Source: Chiloscyllium plagiosum (lineage: Eukaryota). From it: a DNA stretch of 64,000 nt. The position numbers and the translations under genes were made by a program. Numbering within the stretch: position 1 is the stretch's first letter; each line of letters opens with the position of its first letter. Under the pieces are notes generated by a model. The model worked only from the letters and a program-made list of their open reading frames with translations, ran no database searches and had not been told where the DNA came from. The stretch covers positions 12,132,924 through 12,196,923 of the forward strand of contig NC_057718.1 of the NCBI RefSeq assembly GCF_004010195.1, written 5' to 3'. Positions 14,400 to 27,244 of this stretch are shown here, piece by piece.

Positions 14400-14822
14400 C
14401 AACTGAGAAGTTCCACCTGGATCCTCTAATCAATTAATAAAATCTGGAAATGAAAGCGAGTCTCAATAGCAGTGACTTTAAAGTAATGACCATGAAACAA
14501 GCATTGATTATCTTAAGAATCCATCTGGTCTAGCACTGTTTCTTAGGGAAGGAAATCTGCCAAACTTCCCTGGTCTGACTACATGTAAGTAAGAGTAACA
14601 GTAATAGGTTCTGAAGAAGAGTCATCCTGGATTTGTAACATTAACTCTGTTTTTCTCTCTCTATAGATGCTGCCAGATCTGGGTTTCTCTAGCACTTTCT
14701 GTTTTTAGTGACAACAATGTAGTTGACTCATAAATAGTTTGGCAAGTTATTCAGTTCAGAGGCAAGTAGGAATGGACAACAAACATTGATAATTTCAGTG
14801 AGACCCACATCCCATGAAGAAA
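14400..14822 (+). mobile_element. Short SINE-like copy of the tRNA-headed family, with a PLE terminal repeat inserted at ~14605-14710
   Basis: Shares gggaaggaaatctgcc with ~41150 and the tail cccacatcccatga; degenerate CTGAAGA motif at 14611. Confidence 0.55.
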
Positions 14823-15224
14823 TAACAGTAAAGGTAGGGAAACTCAAGATCTTGTTAAGTGGATCACAGGATCTAACAGAGACTCTAACGATTGTGTAGG
14901 AAGGGTCTAAGTTCAAAGGAGAAACCTCAACTGGGAGGGGGTAGGCTTAGATAGGCAAAATGGCATGTTCATTCAAAAATGACATGGTCTAAGTTAATTG
15001 GAGGAGATTCAAAGATTACATCAGGTATGTGACCAGTGATTTTGGGAGGATCAAGGGTGGTGGGAACAAAGTGGAAGGTCAGAGGTTGTATTTCAGGGTC
15101 ATTCACATTCTGTTATCGGCTAGGTCTAAAATCCTACTTGTAGCTAGCAGGAATGTAGATCTAAGGAGGAGGAGGAGAACAGTATGGCATGTGTGGAGAT
15201 TCAGATGCAGACAATGGGAGAAGT

Positions 15225-15454
15225 AGAAAATCTCACTATTCAGCAGCTGTATGGACAAAACCCCTGGTGGTCAACATTTTTTGTCACTGGTTACATCCAG
15301 ATTCAGAGTTCCATGAGCAACATGTGTAGTATTTTGCAGTCTGCAGCACAGGTACATTCAAAGAGGTGACTAATGCCCTCTTCTGTCATACAAACCAGGT
15401 TCACCCTCACAGGTGATGACAGCCAGACACTCCGGCCAGTGGGCTTTGTAGCCA
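15225..15454 (+). repeat. Copy 1 of a ~230-bp direct duplication
   Basis: About 90% identical by eye to 18447-18676. Confidence 0.9.
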
Positions 15455-16825
15455 TTGTGTGTTTCCCTAGAATTCCCGAGAATGTAAGGGGTTATTTACT
15501 GTATTCATGTTGACATTAGAACTTCCTTGAAACAATTAACAAGATATATAAACCACAAGCAATTCTACACTCTAAACATCTAATTAGTCAGTGACCACAT
15601 GCAAAGAGTTGTGCCAGTCTGTGCTTGTTTCATATGGGATTCTTGCAAATCATCTATCTCACAGAACTCAACTGCCTGGGTTTTTCAAGGCCCTTGGCCA
15701 TACTAACCGCAGGATTCTCCAATGGAAACCAGTCCTGCAACATAACTGCATGTGTTCTATGTGCCCACCACTGACCCTTTAAAGTTTTCCTATGGATCAC
15801 TTAGGTACCTGCTCTTGACACAAAATCATAAATGACACTCACTTCTGGTTCCATTAGGATAGCAACCTACAAACTTCATCTGGTGTCATTAAGATTATAC
15901 ATTAAAAGAATACTTTACTCTGTGGAGTAAAGCAAAGTGGAAAAAAATTCAGGCAAAAGTCAGGAAGCTCCTTTGAGAAAGAGCTTGATCAAGCTGCAAC
16001 CAACAGGACTCTGCCGCTGCACAGTTCTCATGTCAGATTAGAGTTAAACTTGATAAACTAAACATACGTACTAAAATCGTTAATGGACATGACACCAAGT
16101 CTGCACACTTGGTTCGTACTTTACAACTAGTGACATCTGACCACTATCTTGTTGTGGCATATAATTTTTATATAACTCAAGAAGAGTTGGTGTAAGAGTA
16201 TCTGTTTAAGATGCAGAGAAACAAGGCAAAGATAATTTCATAAGTGTAATGGTTTTTATGGATCATAAAACACAGGCATGTCATCTGTGGACTACACAAT
16301 TGTGACTGAAAAATGTAGATTTCACTGGTCAATTAATATCCTGGAATATAATCAGTCTTGGAAAGGGTGAGTGGGAAGGAAAGTTTTGGAACATTTTGTA
16401 GCTGGTGAGCTCCCTCAGGAGGCTAAATAAGTTAGTCACAGCCCACAACTTCACATATAATGCACTCTAGGTAGCACAGACCTGGTTAGCATATACTTTT
16501 AAAATGGTCTTCAATTTCTTCAAATTAAAATTCTCCATGGTTACTGGGCTTTCAGATTTCAAATATTAATTAAGTACAACTAAACAAACATGATTCCTAC
16601 AACTTATTTGATTATTTTTAAGACGATTGTCTCAGAGTGAGTTACAAGATCTCACTACCAATATGGAGCCAACCTTATAAATGTCTGTAATGAACTGCAT
16701 ATGTCTTTTAAAGAACTACTTAATTTTTAATTGGCTTGGTGATACAAACAAAAACAGTTTTTAACTCATAAAATATTTGGAAGATGCTTCCATTCCATCA
16801 TTTAGCTAATCAACTATTCTGGCTT

Positions 16826-16857
16826 TCCATATATATATTATATATATATATATATAT
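16826..16857. repeat. (TA)n microsatellite
   Basis: Read directly from the sequence. Confidence 0.9.
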
Positions 16858-17563
16858 GACATCTGCTATGAACAAATACATACTCACCAGGTTGAGTCAA
16901 TTGCATCTCAGTTCTTATTGAGCACGCTGGTCACATTATGAATTATGAAGCTTTTTTAAAGCAATACTTTGGCAATTGCATCTATAGGTCTATACCAGGA
17001 CATGTATCAGACAGACCAGGACAACCTTTCAAGTCTAACTACAGCATGCTTAATTTGCTAATCAGATCGACTCCACATTAAGCAATTTAGAAGGAGCATC
17101 AGATTACGCATAAATATATGTGAAATTGTGCAAAACAATTTGGATATTTGCTGCACTGAGAGCAATTTTCTAGTTCCAGATTATGGGGCCCAGGAGCCAC
17201 ATTATTGTGCACAGATGCTGATTCAATGCACCATGTTCATTTTTAGAAGTTACCTCACTATCACAGTGGTCACTCTGGATTGGTCAAAAGTGATGCAATG
17301 GAATTATAATTCATCTGGATGGATGAACACAACTGTCAACTGGAAAGTTGCAAAAATTCAATCAAGTAGATTATTTCTTCATTTCATATTCTGTCACTCA
17401 CAGAGAAATCAGATTTCTCCTTTGTGCATTTTCATGCAAATCAACAAAATGTATACTGCTAAACTCTTGGAAATCTTTGGAGTAATGGAACAATTTCCTA
17501 TATCAGATAATTATTATTAGCATCAAGCATTTCCTGATCCATTATAATTGTAAATTAAGGAGA

Positions 17564-17684
17564 AAATGAGGACTGCAGATGCTGGAGATCAGAGCTGAAA
17601 ATGTGCTGCTGGAAAAGCACAGCAGGTCAGGCAGCATCCAAGGAGCAGGAGAATCGACGTTTCGGGCATGAGTCCTTCTTCAGG
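17564..17684 (-). mobile_element. Solo PLE terminal repeat with hammerhead motif
   Basis: Direct repeat aattgtaaattaaggaga (17546-17563 and 17685-17702); CTGAAGA-AGGACTCATGCCC-GAAA-CGTC at 17656-17683. Confidence 0.85.
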
Positions 17685-18446
17685 AATTGTAAATTAAGGA
17701 GACCTGAATTTTGTAATATATTGTAATTAATAGTATCCTGAAATGTACATAATTTTCCAGTCATTTTATTATTATATATTTAATTTTGATGATTATCAAT
17801 AACTATGTGAGGAATTATAATTATTTTACCTATTTATATTACAATTTGCACCTGATGATTTTTGAATAAACCAATTGCCTACCTTCTTTGCTACCTTCAT
17901 GCAAATAATACCAAGCAATTTCATTTGTGTTTCTAAAGCTGGGAACAGCACCTTTTACCCCAACAGTGTAGCATTTTCCAGTTTACAAAAAAAATCATCC
18001 TGGGATCTCTCTGAGTGACAGCTACTCATTAGTGCCAAAGAAAAGGTCATTTCTTGGCTCATACTCCATGCCAACTAGAAACCTAAACTGCCCAAATCAT
18101 TTTACAGCCACAAGTCTTACAATCAACAGATGATAGAGGCTTTCATCCTATTCTTCTGAGCTGGCTGCAGTCCAAGATGCAACAGCAATGAAAGAGGTAC
18201 ACTGCAGCAGACCAGTACCTTCAGATGATGGTGCTGTAGCCTGCAATGTCGCAGTACTACCTTTCATGAAGACATAAGTGAGAATTAAAAGGTTTAATTG
18301 ACTTGGAATGCATTGCCTGAAAAGGCGGTGGAAACAGATTCAATATTAACTGACAGAAGGGAATTAAATATAGTCTTGAAAAGGAGAAATTAACAGGGCT
18401 ATGGATATAGCACAGGAAAATGGAAATAATAGAATAGCTCTCTCAA

Positions 18447-18676
18447 AGAAAATCTCACTATTCAGCAGCTGTATAGACAAAACCCCGGTGGTCAACACTT
18501 TTCGTCACTGGTTACATCCAGCTCAGAGTTCCACGAGCAACAGGTGTAGTATTTTGCAGTCTGCAGCACACAGGTACATTCAAAGAGGTGAGTAATGCCC
18601 TCTTCTGTCATACAAACCAGGTTCACCTTCACAATTGATGACAGTCAGACATTCAGGCCATTGGACTTTGTAGCCA
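18447..18676 (+). repeat. Copy 2 of the ~230-bp duplication, lying inside an old CR1 3' UTR
   Basis: CR1 tail sequence on both sides (~18290-18448 and ~18680-18720). Confidence 0.85.
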
Positions 18677-18919
18677 ATTTGGGCCCTAATAGCCTGGATC
18701 TGCAATTTATGATTCTGTAAGTCTATGTAATATTGCCAACTGCATTGAGAGATCAAGCATGAAGGCTACAATCAGAATGAAGTGAAGTGCTTTAATGGGA
18801 TAGAAGAGCTTAAAAGATAGGCTATCAAAAATATATGTGATGGAAACAGGCATAATGGCAATTTTTTGCAGGAAGTAAATGTGATGCACCAAGCTTTTAA
18901 TATTGATGTATATAATTAC

Positions 18920-19041
18920 CAGCTGCAGTGCAGGTGCTGAGCCATGAACTGGCCAGATCCATAATGACCTGTCTTCTGATGCTGTCAAGAGCCATTTATT
19001 ATTCTGAGTCCAACCAACACAATTCACTGCTCCATCATGAC
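18920..19041 (-). CDS. WDR27: WDR27 exon: (G)HDGAVNCVGWTQNNKWLLTASEDRSLWIWPVHGSAPALQL, WD40 repeat
   Basis: cattcag acceptor and gtaatt donor; 122 nt, phase 1 to 0; GH...W WD40 signature, GHDGAVN. Confidence 0.95.
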
Positions 19042-19284
19042 CTGAATGACAGCACAGAATAAAGTGTTGATCACTGTATAAGAAAGTACTTAAATTTTAA
19101 AAGCAATAAAATATTCATATCAGAGAACAAAACAGTAATATCATTCTGCATTACAGAAAAGCTATTTCCTTCATTCATCTGCCCTTATCATTGTCACTTT
19201 AAAACATTTTAGTTACAGAACTACTTTGAAAGAAAAATTAGAAATACCAACGCCATATCAAGGTCATATTGATGCAGTTTATCT

Positions 19285-19520
19285 GCCTAATTACCTTCCC
19301 ACTGAAGGCGGGAGGCAGTAATGTTTTTACCTGTTTGTTAGTCAGTTTGTAAACACTGCAACTCAGAAACTAATGGGCAATTTCAACAAAAGTTGGTACA
19401 CAGATAGGGTATGATCCAAGGAAGAACAGATTTGTTTTTGGCAAAGATATGGATCCAATTCCTGGAATTTCTTTAAAGGATCTGTTAAAATTGGGAAATA
19501 GGACAAACTTATTTTTAAAA
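19285..19520 (+). mobile_element. Probable Helentron-associated (HINE/DINE-1-like) non-autonomous element, 5' part
   Basis: attaccttccc...gggaggcagtaatgttttt hairpin, then gtttgt repeats and aaagttggtacaca, resembling recalled fish HINE-type elements. Confidence 0.45.
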
Positions 19521-21851
19521 AAAAAATGTTGTGGTTTGTTTTATTTGGAATCTTTTTGATTATTATAGTGTTGTGAATTGTCTTGGCTGCTGAGTTAGAA
19601 TTTTGTCACAACTGTCAAAATGTGAGCAGAATGTTCATCGTAAGCTGTTGGATGTGGAGTGGAAGATTAATAAAAAATATTTATTTTTTCAACTTTGTTG
19701 TTTCAGGGCATCAACCAGATAGCGAAGAGCCTCAAAGAGGAGTAGAGTAATTAATGTCAAGTTAATTGTTGATTTTCTTTCTCCTGTCGGGAACAGTGGG
19801 AGACAGAGCGGAGGTGAAGTTGGGAGCAGGAGGTTGCCAGGAAGGTTAGTGAACAGTATAAATACTCACCTTCGAAGTCCGCAGCCTTATTCCTATCCGA
19901 GAGCAGTGGGAGACAGAGCGGAGGTGACTTTGGGACCGGGAGGTTGTCTGGAAGGTAAGGACTTAGCATACATTTGGGCAGTGGCTAAACACGTGTAGAA
20001 TCTCCCTCCCAGCCCCCTCCTCTAACCAGAAGAAAAGGATTCTGTAAGGTAAGGGTTTTTCTTTACTTTTATATATTTAAGTGTTTAGTTTGTTGATATA
20101 AAGCTAAGGCTTACAATGGCAGGGGACCTCAGACCCATGGCATGTGCCTCTTGCTTGATGTGGGAGCTCAGAGACATTGCTGACGTCCCTGACTCTTACA
20201 CTTGTAAGAAGTGTGTCCAGCTGCAGCTCTTGTTTGACGCATGACGGCTCTGGAGCTGCGGATGGACTCACTGTGGAGCATCCGCGATGCTGAGGAGGTG
20301 GTCATGGATAGCACATTTAGTGAACTGGTAACACTGCAGGTTAGAATTGCAGGGAGACAGCGAATGGGTGACCAAAAGGCAGAGAAAGATAGGAAGACAG
20401 TGCAGATGTCCCCTGCGGTCATCTTCCTCCAAAACAGGTATACTGTTTAGGATACTGTTGGGAGAGATGGCTCACTGGTGGGGGTGGGGGTGGGAGTGGG
20501 GGGGCGGGGTTAGCAGTTGCCAGGATCATGGCACCGTGGTGGGCACTGCTGTTCAGAAGGGTGGGAAAAAGACTCATAGGGCCATAGTCATAGGGGATTC
20601 TATTGAAAGGGGAGTAGATAGGCGGTTCGGTGACCGAAAACAAGACTCTCAGATGGTATGGTGCTCAGGTTAAGGATGTCACTGATCGGCTGCAGATCAT
20701 TCTGAAAGGGAAGGGTGAACAGCCAGTTGTCATGGTGCATATTGGCACCAATAATATAAGTAAAAAAAGGAATGACGTCCTGAAAGTAGAATTCAGGGAG
20801 CTAGGAGAGAAGTTAAAAAGGAGGACCTCAAAGGTAGTGATCTCAGGATTGTTACCAGTGCCACTTGCTAGCCAGGGTAGAAATGAAAGAATAGACAGGA
20901 TGAACACGTGGCTTGAGGGATGGTGTAGGAGTTCTGATTTGTAGGACATTGGGACCGGTTCTGGGGAAGGTAGGACTATTATAAATTGGACAGGCTACAC
21001 CTAAACCAGACTGGAACTAATGTCCTTGGAGGAGTTTTTGCTACTGCTTTTGGGGAGGGTTTAAACTAATGTGGCTAGGGGCTGGGACTAGAAGAGAAGG
21101 CTAGTAGACAGTGAGGTGAAAACTAGAGACTGTATGGAACAGGATCATGAAGTCAGCATTACCAAGGGGAACAGTCAGCAGAGAGCAGATGAACGCAAAG
21201 GAACTGGTGGTCTGAAGTGCGTATTCTTTAATGCTCAGAGTATAGTGGGTAAGGCAGACAAACTTAGAGCTTGGATTGATGCCTGAGAGTATGACGTTAT
21301 TGCGATCACAGAGACTTGGTTGAAGGAAGGGCATGATTGGCAACTAAATATTTCAGGATTTGGATGCTTCAGACAGGACAAGGAGGGAAGCATCTATATC
21401 CTGAAATATTTAGCTGCCAATCGTGCCCTTCCTTCCAACATTGATTGGGATACACTTAATGTCAGAGGTCAGCATTGCTGATCGGTGATTATATCACAGC
21501 TGTGCTGAAGAAGGACACTATGGAGGGCTTCAGCAGTGATGCGTCATGGGTAGAGCTGAGAAATAAGAAGGGGGAAGTTACATTGTTGGGGCTGTACTAC
21601 AGGCCTCCCAACAGTGAGCACGAGATAGAACAAATAGGTAAATAGATTATGGAAAGATGTAGTGGCAACAGGATGGTGGTGATGAGAGCTTTTAATTTTT
21701 CCAACATTGACTGGGATACACTTAATGTCAGAGGTCTGGATGGAGCAGGATTTGTAAGGAGCATCCAGGTAAGTTTTCTAGAGCAGTATGGTAGGTAAAA
21801 ACAATGGCCTCTAGCTTATCTCTCCACGCTTCAGGCTCTCTGCCTTTATTC

Positions 21852-21879
21852 CTGATGAAGGGCTTTTGCCCGAAATATC
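21852..21879 (+). ncRNA. Minimal type I hammerhead ribozyme motif
   Basis: CTGATGA-A-GGGC TTTT GCCC-GAAA-T-ATC. Confidence 0.65.
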
Positions 21880-22165
21880 GATTTTACTGCTCCTCGGATG
21901 CTGCCTGAACTGCTGTGCGCTTCCAGCACCACTAATCCAGAATCTGGCTTCCAGCATCTGCAGTCATTGTTTTTACCTAGTTGATTTTAACCCTACTGTG
22001 AATCCTCTTCCAAGGATGCCTGCCTTGAAGAAGTTTGCCTCCTCTCTCTACAAGAATCTCAGGGAGTCCCTCTCCCACTGCAACTCCCAGGTCTATGCTA
22101 CTTTCTCTCCACCCCCACCCTCCTCTAGCTTATCTCTCCACGCTTCAGGCTCTCTGCCTTTATTC

Positions 22166-22193
22166 CTGATGAAGGACTTTTGCCCGAAACGTC
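22166..22193 (+). ncRNA. Minimal type I hammerhead ribozyme motif
   Basis: CTGATGA-A-GGAC TTTT GCCC-GAAA-C-GTC, one stem II mismatch. Confidence 0.65.
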
Positions 22194-24989
22194 GATTTTA
22201 CTGTTCCATGGATGCTGCCTGAACTGCTGTGCTCTTCTAGAGCACTATGTCAATAGTCCAACTGGGGAAGGCGCCATATTGGAAAATGAGCCAGGCCAGG
22301 TGGTAGAAGTTGCAGTGGGGGATTTCTTTGGGAACAGTAACCACAATTCTGTAAGTTTCAGAATACTCATAGATAAAGATGAGAGTGGTCCTAAGAGAAG
22401 AATACTAACCTGGGTCAAGGCCAATTATACCAAAATTCGGCAGAAGCTGTGAAATATGGATTGGGGGCAGCTATTTGAAGGGAAGTCCACATTTGATATG
22501 TGGGAGGTTTTCAAAGATAGTTGAAAGATAGTATCGGATCGGCATGTCTCTTTGAAAACAAGGGATAGGAAAGGCAAGATTCGTGAACCGTGGATGACAG
22601 GAGAAATTGTGAGACTAGCCAAGAGGAAAAGGGAAGCATTACATAAGGTCCATGCACCTAAGAACAGAGCAGACTTTGGAAGAATATTGGAAGAGTAGGA
22701 CAAATCTTAAATGAGGAATCAAGCAGGTTAAAAGGGCTCATGAAATAACTTTAGCGAGCAGAATTAAGGAGAATTCCAAGACCTTTTATTCATATATAAG
22801 AAAGGTTTGATCCACTAAAGGATAAGGAAGGAAGGTAGTGTGTCAAACCTGAGAAAATTGGTGAGATTCTCAATGATTACTTTTCATCAGTATTCACTGA
22901 GGAGAGGGACATGATGAATGTTGAAATTAGAGATAGAAGTTTGTTTACTCTGGATCACGTTGACATAAGGAGGGAGGATGTGTTGGGTAGGCTAAAGGAT
23001 ATTAAGGTGGACAAATCCCCAGAACCAGATGGGATCTATCCCAGGTTGCTGAGGGAGGCGAGAGAGGAAATAGCTGGAGCCCTGCCAGATATCTTTGTAG
23101 CATCCTTAAACACAGGTGAAGTGCCGAGGGACTGGAGAGTTGCTAATGTTGTCCCTCAGTTAAAGAAGGGTAGTAGGGGTATTCCAGGTAACTACAGACC
23201 AGTGAGCCTGACGTCAGTGGTGGGAAAGTTGCTGGAGAAGGTACTGAGAGATAAAATCTAATTATATTTGGAAGAGAATGGGCTTATCAGTGAAAGGCAA
23301 CATGGTTTTGTGCAGGGCGTTTGTGCCTTACCAACTTTTAAATAGAGTTCGTTGAGGAAGTGACCAAGTTGATAGATGAAGGGCTGTAGATGTCATATAC
23401 ATGGACTTTAATAAGGTGTTTGATAAGGTTACCTATGGTAAGCTAATGGAGAAAGTGAAGTCATATGGTGTGTAGGGTGTTCTAGCTAGGTGGATAAAGA
23501 ATTGGTTGAACAACAGGAGACACTGAGTCGTAGTTGAAGGAAGTTTCCTGAAATGGAGAAAGGTAACCAACGGTATTCCTCAGATATCAGTGCTGGGGCC
23601 ACTGTTGTTTGTGATATACATAAACGATCTGGAAGAGGGCATTGGTGGTCTGATCAGTAAGTTTGCAGATGACACAAAGATTCGTGGCACAGCAGAAAGC
23701 ACAGGGGTCTGTCAAAGAATACAGGAGATTATAGATAGACTGGAGAGTTGGGCGGAGTAGTGGCAGATGGAGTTCAATGCGGGCAAATGTGAGTGATGCA
23801 TTTTGGAAGGTCTAATTCTAGAGTGAACTATACTGTAAATGGAAGAGCCTTGGGAAAAGTTGATGAGCAGAAACAGCTGGGAGTTCAGGTCCATTGTACC
23901 CTGAAGGTGGCTGCACAGGTGGATAGAGTGGTCAATAAGGCATATGGTATTCTCGCCTTCATCAGACAGGTATTGAGTATAAGAGCTGGTAGGTCATGTT
24001 AAAATTGTACAAGACTTTGGTTCAGCTACATTTAGAATACTGTGTACAGGTCTGGTACCACATTAACAAACAGATGTGGACGCTTTGGAGAGGGTGCAGA
24101 GAAGGTTTATGAGGATGTTGCCTGGTATGGAAGGTGCTTGCTATGAAGAGAGGTTGACTAGGTTAGGATTATTTTCATTAGAAGAAAGGAGATTGAGGTC
24201 GACAAAATCACGAAGGATATTGACAGGGTGGATAGAGATAAGCTTTTTCCCAGGGTGAGGGATTCAATAACAAGAGGTCACACTTTCAAGGTGAGAGGAG
24301 AAAAGTTTAAGGTGGATACACACGGAAAATACTTTACACAGAGGGTGGTAGGTGCTTGGAACGTGTTGCCAGCAGAGGTAGTAGAGGCAGGCATGGTAGA
24401 TTCATTTATGGTGGGTCTGGATAGATGCATGAGTATGTGAGAGCAGAAGGATACAGATTCTTAGGAATTGGGCGATAGTTTAAATAGTGGATTTGGATTG
24501 GTACAGGCTCGGAGGACTGAAGAGCCTGTACCTGGGCTGTGAATTTTCTTTGTTCTTTGTTCTTTAACACAATGGCAAGAAATGTACACTGCTGTGTGTT
24601 CATTTGTTTTATATTATAACTTTGTGAATTGACCAACATAGTGAAATCTTCTGTTTAATGAGATTTTATTCATCGAAAGAAAAATTAAAGTATTCAAAAT
24701 GTTTGAAGTTTCTGAATGCTACTGTCACACTATTTAGTTGGTAATTCATCAACTGTCTTGCAAACTTGGATGAAATTATTTTTGAAAGAGACAAGAAACA
24801 TGACCACTGATTATAACTGCTTTACACCATTTTTATGGAAAGACATGTGACAATGCAAAACATAAACCTAACAACTGTGACTTTTTAAGCATATCTGTAC
24901 AAACTAAAAGTGAAAATTTATATACATGCTAAAGGATGGACCTTTACAAGGTGGGATTTATGAATATATTAAAACAGTCCTGAACTATG

Positions 24990-25625
24990 AAAGCAACCAC
25001 CCCAATACACACAAATGAAGTTGCATCAAGACACTATTCAAAAGGGCCACAACACACTGCAGCACACCAGAACTGCAAAAAGAGGAAGAGGAACACCTAT
25101 ACAAGGTATTCGCCAAAAACGGATACCCTCGCAATTTCATCAACAGATGCCTAACGGATAGACCACAGAACGATGACATGCCACAACCCAAAGGACTAGC
25201 CACACTACCATACATACATCAGGAGCATTTCATGACCAGCTATCCTTAGTAGCCACACATGCAGACGACAAGCAACATGAATTTGGCTGGGACAACACTA
25301 CCATTATAGGGCAAGCCAACAAAGAACAGCCAGGGAATTCCTAGAAGCATGGCACTCATCCACAAACTCCATCAACAAACACATCGACCTGGACCCAATA
25401 TACCAACCACTATAGCGGACAGCTGAAACTGACAACCAGAAGGGGCAGGGACAGGCCACTATAAATGCCGGAGGAAACACCACAGAAGCGCTTCACAGGA
25501 GGCTCCCAAGCACTGAGGATGTCACCTAGACAGGGGACGAAACGTTTGCAACAAAAACTTCCAGCTCGGCGAACAGAACCACAGCAACGAGCACCCGAGC
25601 TACAAATCTTCTCACAAACTTTGAA
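24990..25625 (+). mobile_element. Penelope-like element, second clade: RT C-terminus and 3' end
   Basis: HPNTHK*SCIKTLFKRATTHCST...NGYPRNFI; hammerhead motif in the terminal repeat. Confidence 0.85.
25510..25549 (+). ncRNA. Minimal hammerhead ribozyme motif
   Basis: GCA-CTGAGGA-T-GTCACCT AGAC AGGGGAC-GAAA-C-GTT-TGC; GCA/TGC can form a 3-bp stem I. Confidence 0.7.
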
Positions 25626-26851
25626 TTCTTATTTAATGTCCATCAGTAACAAAGTTTGTGTTTTTTAATTTAAATGCGGTTGCAAGTTTTGTGGAGTTTC
25701 AGTGCTGCCCTCCTGTGTACAAATTACATTATTGGAACAATAAGATTAAAAATTTGAACTGAATTGTTTGCTTTTAAGGCCAGGTTTTATTAATTGTCTG
25801 GAATAATTTGCTGATACAATCACCATTCTTTTCCTTGAACCAACAACAGGATTTGCTGGCATCATCATATTTACGCTCACAAGGCATTAAAAGGGAAATA
25901 TTGGAGAAATGGTGTATTTTTATTTGTTTTTGTATGATGGTTGAGTTCATACACATTCTTAGCTACTCTGAGAAGATAGTGGGCCTTATCCTAGAATCAT
26001 TAGAGTTCTTATGCTGATGGTCTTCCCAAGATGTTGGCAGGAAATACTCGGGTTTTGACAAGGCAATGATGGCATACCCAAGTCAGAATGCTATGCTGAT
26101 TGGAGAAGAATATTGGTGTCCTTTCTGGGAGGAGATACATAAAATTAATGAAGATTCTGAGAAAATAGTTAATAGCTGACATGTAAAAGTAGAGGGGACT
26201 CACAAACATATATCTCAATTGTTGAAAAAGAATTTAGAGTTCAGAAAGGAATGGTCAGGTGTGAGGTTTTAAATCGAGCTTGGTTGAAAATGCTAAAATG
26301 TTATTGAACTTGGACTAACAACTTCAGGGAATAAGCAGCCTTTCTGATGGAGGTTACCACTCAATACCTTTTACTTTGAATGCATACAGCAGAGGTTGAT
26401 CTGGAAATTAAGATCGGGAATGATGTTATTTATTTGGACTAGTAGCCTCGGACAACAAGTTTGATTCTTGGGTCTGCATATCCTTCCTTTGTCTCGTTAA
26501 CAGGGGCATTAACTCATCTGCAACAAATGTTTTAAGACTTTGATGAAAGGATCGGAGAAAGAAATTCAGAGTAAATGTAAATAGTTGTACAATTAAATAG
26601 CTCACTAGGGTCTTGGTGATGTCCAGTTTAAGTGTAGGGAAACGGATATTGCATTACTATGAAATTTTAGATTTCTCCTTGGTGGAGAAAGCCAACACTC
26701 ACAGGAAATCTGTGAAAGAAGTCAGTTAGAAAGTTGCTAGTTAACAACCATGACTAGGTTTCAAACGATTCATTTACGCATTTATTAGTAGAATAATTGG
26801 CAGCAAAACATATTCAAAACCTATAAGTTTTAATTTACTCAGAGTTGTTAC

Positions 26852-26941
26852 CTTTAAACACAGTCGGGGTTCCAATAAGGGATGAATTATAAACAAGCAT
26901 GGATTTGTCAGCCAATCCAACAGCAAGCAGCTTCCCATCTC
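26852..26941 (-). CDS. WDR27: WDR27 exon: DGKLLAVGLADKSMLVYNSSLIGTPTVFK(G), part of a WD40 blade
   Basis: tttttcag acceptor and gtaac donor; 90 nt, phase 1 to 1. Matches recalled [30 protein letters not shown]. Confidence 0.93.
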
Positions 26942-27244
26942 CTGAAAAATACCATCACATTAGAATGCTTCAGCTGTATTCTTGGTAAAGGTTGTTGTAA
27001 TGTCCAACTAAGCATTTCAAATTTATGTTCTTAAATTGATTTTCCGAGACAGGCCAATATGGGTATCACACATGCACACAACATCGACATGCCTCTGCTC
27101 TTTCAGGTTTTTGTTCATTGAATTACTATCCAGTTAATTAGCACAATGTTCTCCATATAGGTTGTGCTCAATGGTTTTATGTTTGTAAATTAGCCAGCTT
27201 TAAAGGCCAACCATTAAAGAGATCACTAACCAATACATTTAATC

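Larger units (their letters stand above)
21791..22234 (+). mobile_element. PLE-derived insertion with two tandem terminal repeats, nested in the CR1
   Basis: Near-perfect TSD ttctagagca(g/c)tatg (21776-21790 and 22235-22249); ~110-bp repeat offset by 314 nt; short inverted 5' piece. Confidence 0.82.
19760..24565 (+). mobile_element. Near full-length CR1 LINE: 5' UTR, ORF1 (zinc finger and SGNH esterase), ORF2 (endonuclease and RT), tail
   Basis: ATG at 20116 reads MAGDLRPMACASCLMWE...CKKC; IVIGDS and HIGTNN esterase motifs; KSPEPDG, NYRPVSLTS and FADDTK; (TTCTTTG)n tail; many stops and frameshifts. Confidence 0.92.
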
